Positions 50,213 to 58,239 of a stretch of 64,000 nucleotides of DNA are shown here, one piece after another (positions within the stretch are counted from its first letter, which is position 1; each line of letters starts with the position of its first letter). The position numbers and the translations under genes were made by a program. Where the stretch lies: positions 22,832 to 86,831 of the forward strand of contig DDKM01000103.1 of assembly GCA_002339345.1 (NCBI GenBank), in the 5' to 3' direction. Below the pieces are notes generated by a model, which made no database searches, was not told where the DNA came from, and worked only from the letters and a program-made list of their open reading frames with translations. Source of the DNA: Firmicutes bacterium UBA2598. GTDB taxonomy: Bacteria; Bacillota; PH28-bin88.

Positions 50213-51250
50213 GTGCGTGTAACCATCAGGGGAAGGCGCCTCCCCGGCCTGTTGGGGAGGGATATCGGCATTGACCTTGGTACAGCCAACACCTTGGTTT
50301 ATTTAAAGGGTAAGGGGGTGGTACTGGCGGAGCCAACGGTTATTGCCGTGGACACCCACACCGATGCCATAGTGGCGGTGGGTAGGGAAGCCTGGGAGAT
50401 GCTGGGCCGAACTCCCAGCCGCATCGCCGCCATTCGCCCCATGCAGGAAGGAGCCATTGCCGATTTTGACACTACCCGGCGGTTGCTGGCCTATTTTATC
50501 GGTAAAGTTGCCGGCAGGTTCAGCCGGCCCCGGGTAATTTTAAGCGTCCCCTACGGAACCACCCAGGTGGAAAAACGGGCGGTGATGGAGGCCGCCCGCC
50601 AGGGAGGTGCCAAAGAGGCCTTTTTGGTGGAGGAGCCGCTGGCCGCCGCCATCGGGGCCGGCCTGCCGGTGGAGGAACCCATTGGCCACATGGTGGTGAA
50701 CATTGGCGGGGGAACCACCGAAGTGGCAGTCATCGCCCTAGGGGGCGTTGTGCGGGGGATGTCCCTGCGCAGTGCCGGCGATGCCCTGAACCGGTCCATC
50801 CAGGCCTTCCTGCGCAAGAAGTACCGCCTGGAGGTGGGAGAGCGCACCGCGGAAGTGATTAAACTGGAAATCGGCTATGCATGTGACCCCGTACCCGGCT
50901 CCACCACCACCGTGAAGGGGATCAAGTTGACCACCGGGCTGCCGGAGGGAATTGAGGTATCCGCAGCGGAAATCACCGAGGCCATGCAGGAACCCCTTGG
51001 GGCCATGCTTAGTGCGGTAAAAAATGTTTTCGAACAAACCCCTCCCCAGTTGGCCTCCGACATCATCGACCGGGGTATCACCATGACCGGCGGCGGTGCA
51101 TTGCTGCATAACCTGGACCGCCTTTTGGCCAAGGAGTTGTACCTGCCCGTGGTGGTAGCCGATGATCCCATCACCTGTGTGGCCAGGGGCACGGGCAAAA
51201 TCCTGTACCAGATCGGCACCCTCAACCGGCTGGCCCTTTACCATGCCTGA
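50213..51250 (+). CDS. mreB: MreB/Mbl-family actin-like protein (start possibly at 50252)
   Basis: Aligns along its full length with B. subtilis MreB (DIGIDLGTANTLVY...VVNIGGGTTEVAVI...GGGALLHNLDRLL). Confidence 0.85.
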   Translation: MRVTIRGRRLPGLLGRDIGIDLGTANTLVYLKGKGVVLAEPTVIAVDTHTDAIVAVGREAWEMLGRTPSRIAAIRPMQEGAIADFDTTRRLLAYFIGKVAGRFSRPRVILSVPYGTTQVEKRAVMEAARQGGAKEAFLVEEPLAAAIGAGLPVEEPIGHMVVNIGGGTTEVAVIALGGVVRGMSLRSAGDALNRSIQAFLRKKYRLEVGERTAEVIKLEIGYACDPVPGSTTTVKGIKLTTGLPEGIEVSAAEITEAMQEPLGAMLSAVKNVFEQTPPQLASDIIDRGITMTGGGALLHNLDRLLAKELYLPVVVADDPITCVARGTGKILYQIGTLNRLALYHA

Positions 51251-51301
51251 CCATCAAGCCTGACCCTCAAGGAGGGTTCCCCCTGTCGCTACCCACCTTA
51301 G

Positions 51302-53737
51302 TTAAGGAAAGGAAAACCCCCGCCACCTCCAACGGGTTCCCTGTTGAGCCACCGGTATTACCGTGTTCACCCACCAGCGGTGGCCGTCGGTACGGACGGT
51401 CACCGCCCCATGTAAATCGGTACGGTAGACCGGCACCCCCCGCCGTTGCCAAAACTCCAGCACCTCCGGAGCCGGGTGGCCATAGGGGTTGTTCGCACCC
51501 GCCTGGACGATCACCGCCTGGGGATTGACTGCCGCCAGAAATGGTTCATAAAGACCGGTACGGCTGCCATGGTGCGGCAGCACCATCAATGTGCTTTGAA
51601 GATCCTGGCCGGATGCCACCAGGGCCGCCATGGCTTCCTGTTCGATGTCGCCGGTAAACAGGATGGAGAAGTTCCGGTAGACTGCTTTCACCACCAGGGA
51701 ATTGTTATTATCCCCCTTCAATCCGGGCAGTGGGCCCAGGATGGATACCTCCACCCACGGATCCACCGCCACCCGGCTCCCAGGCCCCACCTCTACCGCC
51801 GGTACCTTCCGATCCTGCACCAAAGACAACCAGGACAGATAACCATCCCCAAACAATCCGGCTCCGGGGGTTATCACCAGTTGTACCGGCAGCCGTTTGA
51901 TCACCGCTTCCAACCCTTGAAGGTGGTCGGTATCCGGGTGGGAAGATGCCACCACCTCCACCCTGGCTGCTCCCCGGCGGATGAGGTAAGGCACCAGGAT
52001 ATCCTCTCCGATGTCGAAGGTGCTGCCGGTCCGGCGCGAACCGCCGCCATCCAGTAAAAGGTCCGCTCCGGCCGGTGTACGCAAGTGGATGGCGCTGCCC
52101 TGTCCCACATCCAGCATGGTAATCACCATGGGTGCGGGTCGCATTATCCAGGCTGTAATACCCAGGACAACGGCCAAGGCGGAAACGGCCAGCAAGCCCG
52201 CCCACCGCATGGCCAGGTAGCGTACCCGCGGATGGTCCCGGAAGACCACCATTTCCCGGATCACGATCAAAACCAGAAAGTAGGCTATCACCAGAACGGG
52301 TGACGGTGTGGGTACCCGCCAGGCTGCCCCGGGGATGGTATTAAGGAGAGAAAGGAAAAACGTCACACCATCCGCCAGCAGGTTTACCGCCACCAGCAGG
52401 GGTGCAGCCAGGGGTATCCACACTGTGGCGGCAACCATTGCCGCCATCCCCAGACTAACCACTACTCCAATCACCGGCACCGCCACCACGTTGGCCGGCA
52501 CGGCCAGCAAGGTAAGGATGTTAAAATGGTAGGCCACCAGCGGCAATGTGGCTGTTTGGGCAGCCACCGAGACGGCAAGCCAATCGGCCCATCCCATCCG
52601 GGAACCGGTAGCCCGGGCCAGAGGGAAGAGATATACCATTCCCCATGCGCCGGCAAAACTTAACTGGAAACCCGCCTCCACCCAGCTTTCCGGCCGCCAC
52701 AATAAGATCAGCAAAGCTGCTAAAAGCAGAGCGGTGGGGTAATCCCGCTCCCGGCCCAATGCATAAGCGATGAAACCCAGGCCAGTCATCAGGGCTGCCC
52801 GGACCACCGATGGAGTAAAACCGGCCAGGGCGGCATAAAACAAAAGGCCTGCCAGTCCTGCCACCACAGTCCCCCTGCGGCTCACACCCATCATCCGGCA
52901 CAGGCCCGCCACAAACAAAGCGACCAGACCCACGTGAAGACCAGATACCGCAAACAGGTGCGCCACCCCCAGGGTATGGAACAGGTCCACCTGGGCGGCA
53001 TCCAGGCGTTCCCGCTCACCCAGCATGACCCCCAGCAGCACCGCAGCGCCCTTTGGGTGCATATAGCGGTTGGCCGCTTCCTCCACCCGCTGCCGCACCA
53101 GGTCCGCCATAAAAAGCAACGGATTGCCCGTTACCTGGCCGGCAACTGCCACCTGCTGCGTATCGGTTACCAGCCGGTAAAAGATCCCCCGGCGGGCCAG
53201 GTATGCCCGATAGTCCAGTTCACCAGGGTTTCTGGCAGTGGGAATCTCCTGTAATTGACCGGTGATCTTTAAGACACTGCCGTAACGGTAGAGCGGTTGG
53301 TGCGGGTCAGTGCCATGCCTCCCCAGGGCCGGAGCATTTTGCGGGGTGGTGGATTTCTCCCTACTGTATATGACAACCTGTATTCTTTCCCTTACGGGCC
53401 GGCCGGCCACATCCCCTGCCATTACCATCAGCACAACCCTGTTGGGATACCGCACCGGCCTTTCCACCACCGTCCCGGTGATCGTTAGCCTTGTGCCTGC
53501 AAGACCCGGATCCAGCCCGGACTGCCGCAGGCCGCTTAGCCCTCCCCAAAAAAGCCCCGCCAGTAAAAAACCCAGCAGGATCAAGATCACCGCCCCCGGG
53601 CGGGACCGGTAAACCCACCAGGCTGCCACAGCCAGGGCAGCCCCAAACAAGGGTAGACCCGGCGGCAGTTGCCACCACCGGGTCAGAACTAACCCTAAGA
53701 TCATTGCGGCTAAAGGGAGGGCAAGGGGCCTGGACAT
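51302..53737 (-). CDS. comEC: DNA internalization competence protein ComEC/Rec2
   Basis: ATG at 53737, 8 nt after GGGGGAGG (MSRPLALPLAAMILG...). Competence domain plus C-terminal metallo-beta-lactamase domain (HPDTDH). Confidence 0.85.
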   Translation of the reverse strand: MSRPLALPLAAMILGLVLTRWWQLPPGLPLFGAALAVAAWWVYRSRPGAVILILLGFLLAGLFWGGLSGLRQSGLDPGLAGTRLTITGTVVERPVRYPNRVVLMVMAGDVAGRPVRERIQVVIYSREKSTTPQNAPALGRHGTDPHQPLYRYGSVLKITGQLQEIPTARNPGELDYRAYLARRGIFYRLVTDTQQVAVAGQVTGNPLLFMADLVRQRVEEAANRYMHPKGAAVLLGVMLGERERLDAAQVDLFHTLGVAHLFAVSGLHVGLVALFVAGLCRMMGVSRRGTVVAGLAGLLFYAALAGFTPSVVRAALMTGLGFIAYALGRERDYPTALLLAALLILLWRPESWVEAGFQLSFAGAWGMVYLFPLARATGSRMGWADWLAVSVAAQTATLPLVAYHFNILTLLAVPANVVAVPVIGVVVSLGMAAMVAATVWIPLAAPLLVAVNLLADGVTFFLSLLNTIPGAAWRVPTPSPVLVIAYFLVLIVIREMVVFRDHPRVRYLAMRWAGLLAVSALAVVLGITAWIMRPAPMVITMLDVGQGSAIHLRTPAGADLLLDGGGSRRTGSTFDIGEDILVPYLIRRGAARVEVVASSHPDTDHLQGLEAVIKRLPVQLVITPGAGLFGDGYLSWLSLVQDRKVPAVEVGPGSRVAVDPWVEVSILGPLPGLKGDNNNSLVVKAVYRNFSILFTGDIEQEAMAALVASGQDLQSTLMVLPHHGSRTGLYEPFLAAVNPQAVIVQAGANNPYGHPAPEVLEFWQRRGVPVYRTDLHGAVTVRTDGHRWWVNTVIPVAQQGTRWRWRGFSFP

Positions 53738-54048
53738 TTCGTGAGCCTCCCCCAATAGAAAAATAATGGCTAAGCATCTAACGTTCCTTCTCCATGACGG
53801 CCCCAGATTACTTGTGGAAATCACCTGGTAACCATTTCTGTATACCCCAGCAAATTCCTTTTCATTCTAATGGGATAACTTGATTGTACCGCCTTCACGA
53901 ACTTCATGCTTATTGGGGCCGTCGCCTACCTGTCCAGGCACAGGCAGGTGTGATGGATTAACCCTGCCACTTCCCCCATTCCTAAAGACTTTTGCATGTT
54001 GCTCCTCCTGTCTTCCTAATGGGTGGCATCGCTGCCGGAAATGCAGCG

Positions 54049-54077
54049 TTGACAACCCATGTGGATTGGCTTACACT
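54049..54077 (+). promoter_or_regulatory. sigma-A promoter (TTGACA-17-TACACT) of the thiI-like gene
   Basis: Consensus -35, 17-nt spacer, and a good -10. ~50 nt upstream of the GTG start. Confidence 0.55.
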
Positions 54078-54127
54078 TTTCCTGCAGCAGGCTTGCCGCC
54101 ACACCAGACGGAAAGGGGAGATCAACC

Positions 54128-55141
54128 GTGAAGGCTCTGGCACTTTTTTCCGGTGGACTGGATAGCACCATTGCCATCAAGGTGATGCAGGAACAAGGAA
54201 TCGAAATAGAGGCCCTGAATTTTACCAGCCCCTTTTGCCGGTGCGCAGGCAACAAGGGCTGCGGCCATACCGCCCAGCAGGCCGAGAAGCTGGGAGTCAA
54301 ACTGCACATCAGGGTGTGTGGCGAGGAATACCTGCGGGTGGTGGAAAAGCCCAAGTTTGGTTATGGTCGAAACATGAACCCGTGTATTGATTGCCGTGTC
54401 TTTAAATTCCGGGAAGCAAGGCGGATCATGGATGAGGTTGGAGCGTCCTTCATGTTTACAGGAGAGGTGCTTAGCCAGCGCCCCAATTCCCAGCGCAAAG
54501 ACGCCCTGCACACCATTGACCGGGAAGCTGGGGTGCAGGGACTTATTCTGCGGCCGTTGTCAGCCGGTTTCCTGGAGCCGACCATCCCGGAGATCAACGG
54601 CTGGGTGGACCGGAACCGCCTGCTCAGCATCAAAGGCCGTAACCGCAAGGTGCAAATGGACCTGGCCAGCCACTACGGGCTCAACGATTATCCGTGTCCC
54701 GCCGGGGGCTGCCTGTTGACCAACGAAGGATTTGCCGACAAGGTCAGGGACCTGGTGGAACATGGCACCGCTCTGACCATTGCCGGCATCAACCGCCTGA
54801 AGGTGGGCCGCCACTTCCGGCTCACCCCAACCGTAAAGCTGATTGTGGGCAAAAACAGCGGCGAAAACGAGTTACTGGAAAAACTGGCCCAGCCGGATGA
54901 ATATCTCCTTAGCGCCTTGAGCCATGCCGGTCCGGTGGCTCTGCTGTCCGGGTCCGTCGGCCAGAGAGAGCTGGAAGTGGCCAGCCGGGTGGTGGCCAAA
55001 TACAGTGATGCCCAATTGGAAGAACAGGTGGTGACTGCTGTCAAGGGGCCGGACATGTATCTCGAAACAACTGTGATGCCCTTCTCAGACCGGGACCTGG
55101 ACCCCTACCGGATTGTCCGGCAGTTTAACGTTCCACAATAA
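54128..55141 (+). CDS. ThiI-like PP-loop ATP pyrophosphatase (tRNA/thiamine sulfurtransferase family) lacking THUMP and rhodanese domains, with extra Cys motifs
   Basis: GTG start 7 nt after GGGGAG. PP-loop LFSGGLDS. FMFTGEVLSQRPNSQ resembles ThiI LVTGEALGQVSSQT. Cys motifs FCRCAGNKGC, NPCIDC and DYPCPAGGC suggest an Fe-S-dependent ThiI type. Confidence 0.6.
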   Translation: MKALALFSGGLDSTIAIKVMQEQGIEIEALNFTSPFCRCAGNKGCGHTAQQAEKLGVKLHIRVCGEEYLRVVEKPKFGYGRNMNPCIDCRVFKFREARRIMDEVGASFMFTGEVLSQRPNSQRKDALHTIDREAGVQGLILRPLSAGFLEPTIPEINGWVDRNRLLSIKGRNRKVQMDLASHYGLNDYPCPAGGCLLTNEGFADKVRDLVEHGTALTIAGINRLKVGRHFRLTPTVKLIVGKNSGENELLEKLAQPDEYLLSALSHAGPVALLSGSVGQRELEVASRVVAKYSDAQLEEQVVTAVKGPDMYLETTVMPFSDRDLDPYRIVRQFNVPQ

Positions 55142-56300
55142 TCGCCATGCCCATGCCGCCGCCGACACAGAGGGTGGCCAGGCCGCGTTGCAGGTTGCGC
55201 CGGACCATTTCATAAACCAGAGTGAGGATAATCCTGGCGCCGGTGGCCCCCACGGGGTGCCCGAGGCCGATCCCGCTACCGTTGACATTTACAATGTCCC
55301 GGTTTAATTCCAGCAATTTCTCACAGGCCAGATACTGGGCGGCAAAGGCTTCATTCAACTCCACCAATTGAATATCAGCCATGGTCAGCCCTGCCCGCTG
55401 CAGCACTTTCCTGGTGGCCGGAACCGGGCCGTAGCCCATCAGGTCCGGTTCCACACCAGCCCTGGCATGGGCCACAATCCGCGCCAGGGGCTTGATGCCA
55501 AGCTGTTCCGCCTTTTGAGGGGTAGTCAATAACAATGCCGCCGCACCGTCATTTAGCCCGGAGGAATTCCCGGCGGTGACGGTGCCGTTTTTACGGAATA
55601 CCGGAGCCAGTTTGGCCAGATCCTCCATGGTAATACCAGGCCGGGGGTGCTCATCGGTATCCACCAGCAACGGTTCCCCCTTCCGGCGGGGAATCGGTAC
55701 CGGGACGATTTCCTCCCGGAACCGGCCGGATTGGATAGCCGCCACAGCATTCAAATGGCTCCGGAGGGCGATTTCATCCTGCTCCTCCCTACCAATGCCA
55801 TACTTTTCAGCCAGACGTTCAGCGGTCTCCCCCATCATGATGTGGTGATCCGGGTCGGTCAATAACTCCCATAGAGCATCGGTCATCTGCCCGTGCTGCA
55901 GCCGCTGCCCCCAGCGGGCACCCTTCAGCACATAGGGCGCACTGCTCATGCTTTCCACACCACCGGCAATGACCACATCTGCATCACCGGTAGCTATGGC
56001 CATTACCCCGAACACCACCGCCGCCATGCCAGATGCGCACTGGCGCTGGATGGTGGCACCGGTGGTTTCCTGCGGGAAGCCTGCCCGCAGGGCGGCGACC
56101 CTGGCCACATTGGGCTCATCGGTGCGCATGAGGCAGTTACCCAATAGCACTTCATCCACCTCTGCCGGGTCAATGCCGGCACGTCGCACCACCTCCTGCA
56201 GCACTACGGTAGCCAGCTGGTTGGCCAGCAGATCCTTGAATTGCCCGCCGAAATCACCAACTGGTGTGCGGCACCCTGCCGCGATGACCACATCCCGCAT
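55125..56300 (-). CDS. acetyl-CoA C-acetyltransferase (thiolase II)
   Basis: 391 aa. Active-site Cys in the QCASGMAAV context and C-terminal NVNGSGIGLGHPVGATG...CVGGGMG. Confidence 0.9.
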   Translation of the reverse strand: MRDVVIAAGCRTPVGDFGGQFKDLLANQLATVVLQEVVRRAGIDPAEVDEVLLGNCLMRTDEPNVARVAALRAGFPQETTGATIQRQCASGMAAVVFGVMAIATGDADVVIAGGVESMSSAPYVLKGARWGQRLQHGQMTDALWELLTDPDHHIMMGETAERLAEKYGIGREEQDEIALRSHLNAVAAIQSGRFREEIVPVPIPRRKGEPLLVDTDEHPRPGITMEDLAKLAPVFRKNGTVTAGNSSGLNDGAAALLLTTPQKAEQLGIKPLARIVAHARAGVEPDLMGYGPVPATRKVLQRAGLTMADIQLVELNEAFAAQYLACEKLLELNRDIVNVNGSGIGLGHPVGATGARIILTLVYEMVRRNLQRGLATLCVGGGMGMAIIVER

Positions 56301-56446
56301 CGTGACTTTCCCCCTATCTTACGTCTTTGACCAGAATCCTTCCTGTCGGTGTTTGTTCCACAGGCTAAAAATGATTTTCCAGCCATTTAATCAACGGTTA
56401 CACCCCATCATACTCCAGCATTGTTCCACGAAATCCGGGGCCGTCG

Positions 56447-57058
56447 TCAATACACGGTAATCAAATTCCGAATCTGTTCAAACTTGGCCTGGCCGATGCC
56501 GGAAACACCGGTAATGTCCGCCGGATCCTGGAAGGGACCGCGGGTGGTGCGGTAGTCCACAATCCGCTGGGCCAGGGCTGGGCCGATACCGGGTAAAGAT
56601 TCCAGTTCCTTGGCAGAAGCAGTGTTGATGTTTATAAGGTTTGGGCCGGTTACACCTGCGCCGGTGCCGGATGTTGCAACAGCCGTCACCGTCCCGGCCG
56701 TCTGTCCGGCTGCCGGTACCGCCACCCGCTGGCCGTCAGCAAGTACAGCAGCCAGGTTTAAAGCGTGGATATCCGCCTGGGGCGTTGGACCAGCCAAGGT
56801 TACGGCATCCAGCACCCGGCTACCCCTGGCCATCCGGTATACCCCCGGCCTTTCCACCGCCCCGACCACATGCACCTGAATCTCGCCCTTGTTATCCCTG
56901 CCGGCGTCCTTTAACGATTCCACAACTGGAGGTGGTGTCACCACCTGGGGGGTATGGGGTACAGCCAACCCTTGCCAGCGGGCATACAGGGCACCACTGC
57001 CAAAAAGCAGTGCAGCCGCCAGTATGGCCACCAAATATATCGAACGGCGCTGTTCCAT
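56447..57058 (-). CDS. comEA: competence protein ComEA (DNA receptor, tandem helix-hairpin-helix)
   Basis: 203 aa. N-terminal transmembrane segment, SLBB domain, and C-terminal LININTASAKELESLPGIGPALAQRIVDYR. Confidence 0.85.
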   Translation of the reverse strand: MEQRRSIYLVAILAAALLFGSGALYARWQGLAVPHTPQVVTPPPVVESLKDAGRDNKGEIQVHVVGAVERPGVYRMARGSRVLDAVTLAGPTPQADIHALNLAAVLADGQRVAVPAAGQTAGTVTAVATSGTGAGVTGPNLININTASAKELESLPGIGPALAQRIVDYRTTRGPFQDPADITGVSGIGQAKFEQIRNLITVY

Positions 57059-57131
57059 ATGTCAACTCCCCTGCGCAAATCTGCCAGAATACTACTACAA
57101 CGATTCAGCTATTTCCTGCAGGATCTGTGCA

Positions 57132-57166
57132 AAAAAGAAAGGCCCCCGGAGGGGCCGAACTAATGA
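57132..57166 (-). terminator. rho-independent terminator downstream of vapC; copy 1 of an identical 28-bp repeat (CAAAAAAGAAAGGCCCCCGGAGGGGCCG)
   Basis: GGCCCC-TCCG-GGGGCC followed by TTTCTTTTTTG on the minus strand. Confidence 0.8.
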
Positions 57167-57300
57167 TTTCTCCTGTTAAACAAGGAACCAATTGCTCTTA
57201 ACTTTATAGCCACACCCATTCCCCGTATCCGTGGATCAAGAAAAGTTCCTCCAGCTCTCTGGCAGTAAAATTATCGCCGCTAGTCATGTAACCGGCGGTT

Positions 57301-57699
57301 CTAACGTTCAGCGACTTTTTCAGGGCTTAAGGCTATGGAGGCGGGAAAATCTTTAAGATTCGACGTGACTACCTTCTTCCCCTGGACCGCCGCTGTAGCA
57401 GCGATGAAGCTATCGGCCATGCCCATAACCTTGCCCTTTTCTGCCCATTCCCGCCTTAATGTCGCGGCGACTTCAGCGATTTCGCGGTTGATAGGGATGA
57501 TTTCCCAGTTTTCAAGAAGGGATTTAATTGTTTTCTGGGCCTTAGCCGTCCGTGCTCCGGTCAAGAGTTCATGGTATATTATTACATTGGTAAAGGCGGC
57601 CCCGGATAATATCGTTTCTTCCAGCCATGCTGTAACTCTTGACGAAAGCCTTCCGGTGAGGTGGTCAATCAACACACAGGTGTCAATCAAATATCCCAT
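57301..57699 (-). CDS. vapC: PIN-domain toxin VapC
   Basis: 132 aa. The N-terminus MGYLIDTCVLIDHL contains the catalytic D. Overlaps vapB by 13 nt. Confidence 0.85.
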   Translation of the reverse strand: MGYLIDTCVLIDHLTGRLSSRVTAWLEETILSGAAFTNVIIYHELLTGARTAKAQKTIKSLLENWEIIPINREIAEVAATLRREWAEKGKVMGMADSFIAATAAVQGKKVVTSNLKDFPASIALSPEKVAER

Positions 57700-57959
57700 G
57701 GTAAGACCATCCGATCCTTGTCGCGTACTCTTTCAACCCATTCCGCTCCTGTGCTTGAGGCCCATTCAGGCGCATCCTCAGGAGCTAAGGCCCCTTGGGT
57801 TTCTTTGAAGGATTTCACTTGCATCTCACGGCGCAATTTTTCAGCCACCGCATCGACAATAAAACTGTTACGGTTGACACCACGGGATTTAAGATATGCG
57901 GCCATTTGGTCCACCATTCCCGCTGGAAACCTAATGTGGATCATTTTTGTCTCAGACAT
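57687..57959 (-). CDS. vapB: ribbon-helix-helix (CopG/MetJ-type) antitoxin VapB
   Basis: 90 aa. N-terminal RHH (MIHIRFPAGMVDQMAAYLKSRGVNRNSFIVDAVAEKL). Confidence 0.75.
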   Translation of the reverse strand: MSETKMIHIRFPAGMVDQMAAYLKSRGVNRNSFIVDAVAEKLRREMQVKSFKETQGALAPEDAPEWASSTGAEWVERVRDKDRMVLPWDI

Positions 57960-57972
57960 ATTGTAACACCCC

Positions 57973-58002
57973 CTGTTATATAAGAATATAACAGATATCT
58001 GT
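57973..58002 (-). promoter_or_regulatory. vapBC promoter/operator: overlapping palindromes CTGTTATAT-AAGA-ATATAACAG and ACAGATATCTGT
   Basis: Perfect 9-bp-arm and 12-bp palindromes 14-40 nt upstream of the vapB ATG. Confidence 0.6.
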
Positions 58003-58057
58003 TAAGAATACAATTGCGTTTCCTGAGCTTCCCAGAAGTCCATCGGTATGCCGGGCG

Positions 58058-58090
58058 CACCAAAAAAGAAAGGCCCCCGGAGGGGCCGTT
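58058..58090 (-). terminator. rho-independent terminator of leuS; copy 2 of the identical 28-bp repeat
   Basis: Same CAAAAAAGAAAGGCCCCCGGAGGGGCCG as at 57132. Confidence 0.8.
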
Positions 58091-58239
58091 CCACTATTCC
58101 CGGAACCAGCGCCGGGAAGGCAAACCTTTAATGACAATCAGGCAAGTCCATTCCAGAAGGAAGTTCAGAACAATGCTGATGTGTCAGGTATAACTAGTTT
58201 CCTGTGACACTTAAGCCGAGTTCTGGCTGGGATTTTTAT

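Noticed and set aside
53867-54055. 62-aa ORF in the comEC/thiI-like divergent intergenic region
   Set aside because: No RBS. It overlaps the predicted sigma-A promoter and a GC hairpin (GGCAGG...CCTGCC).
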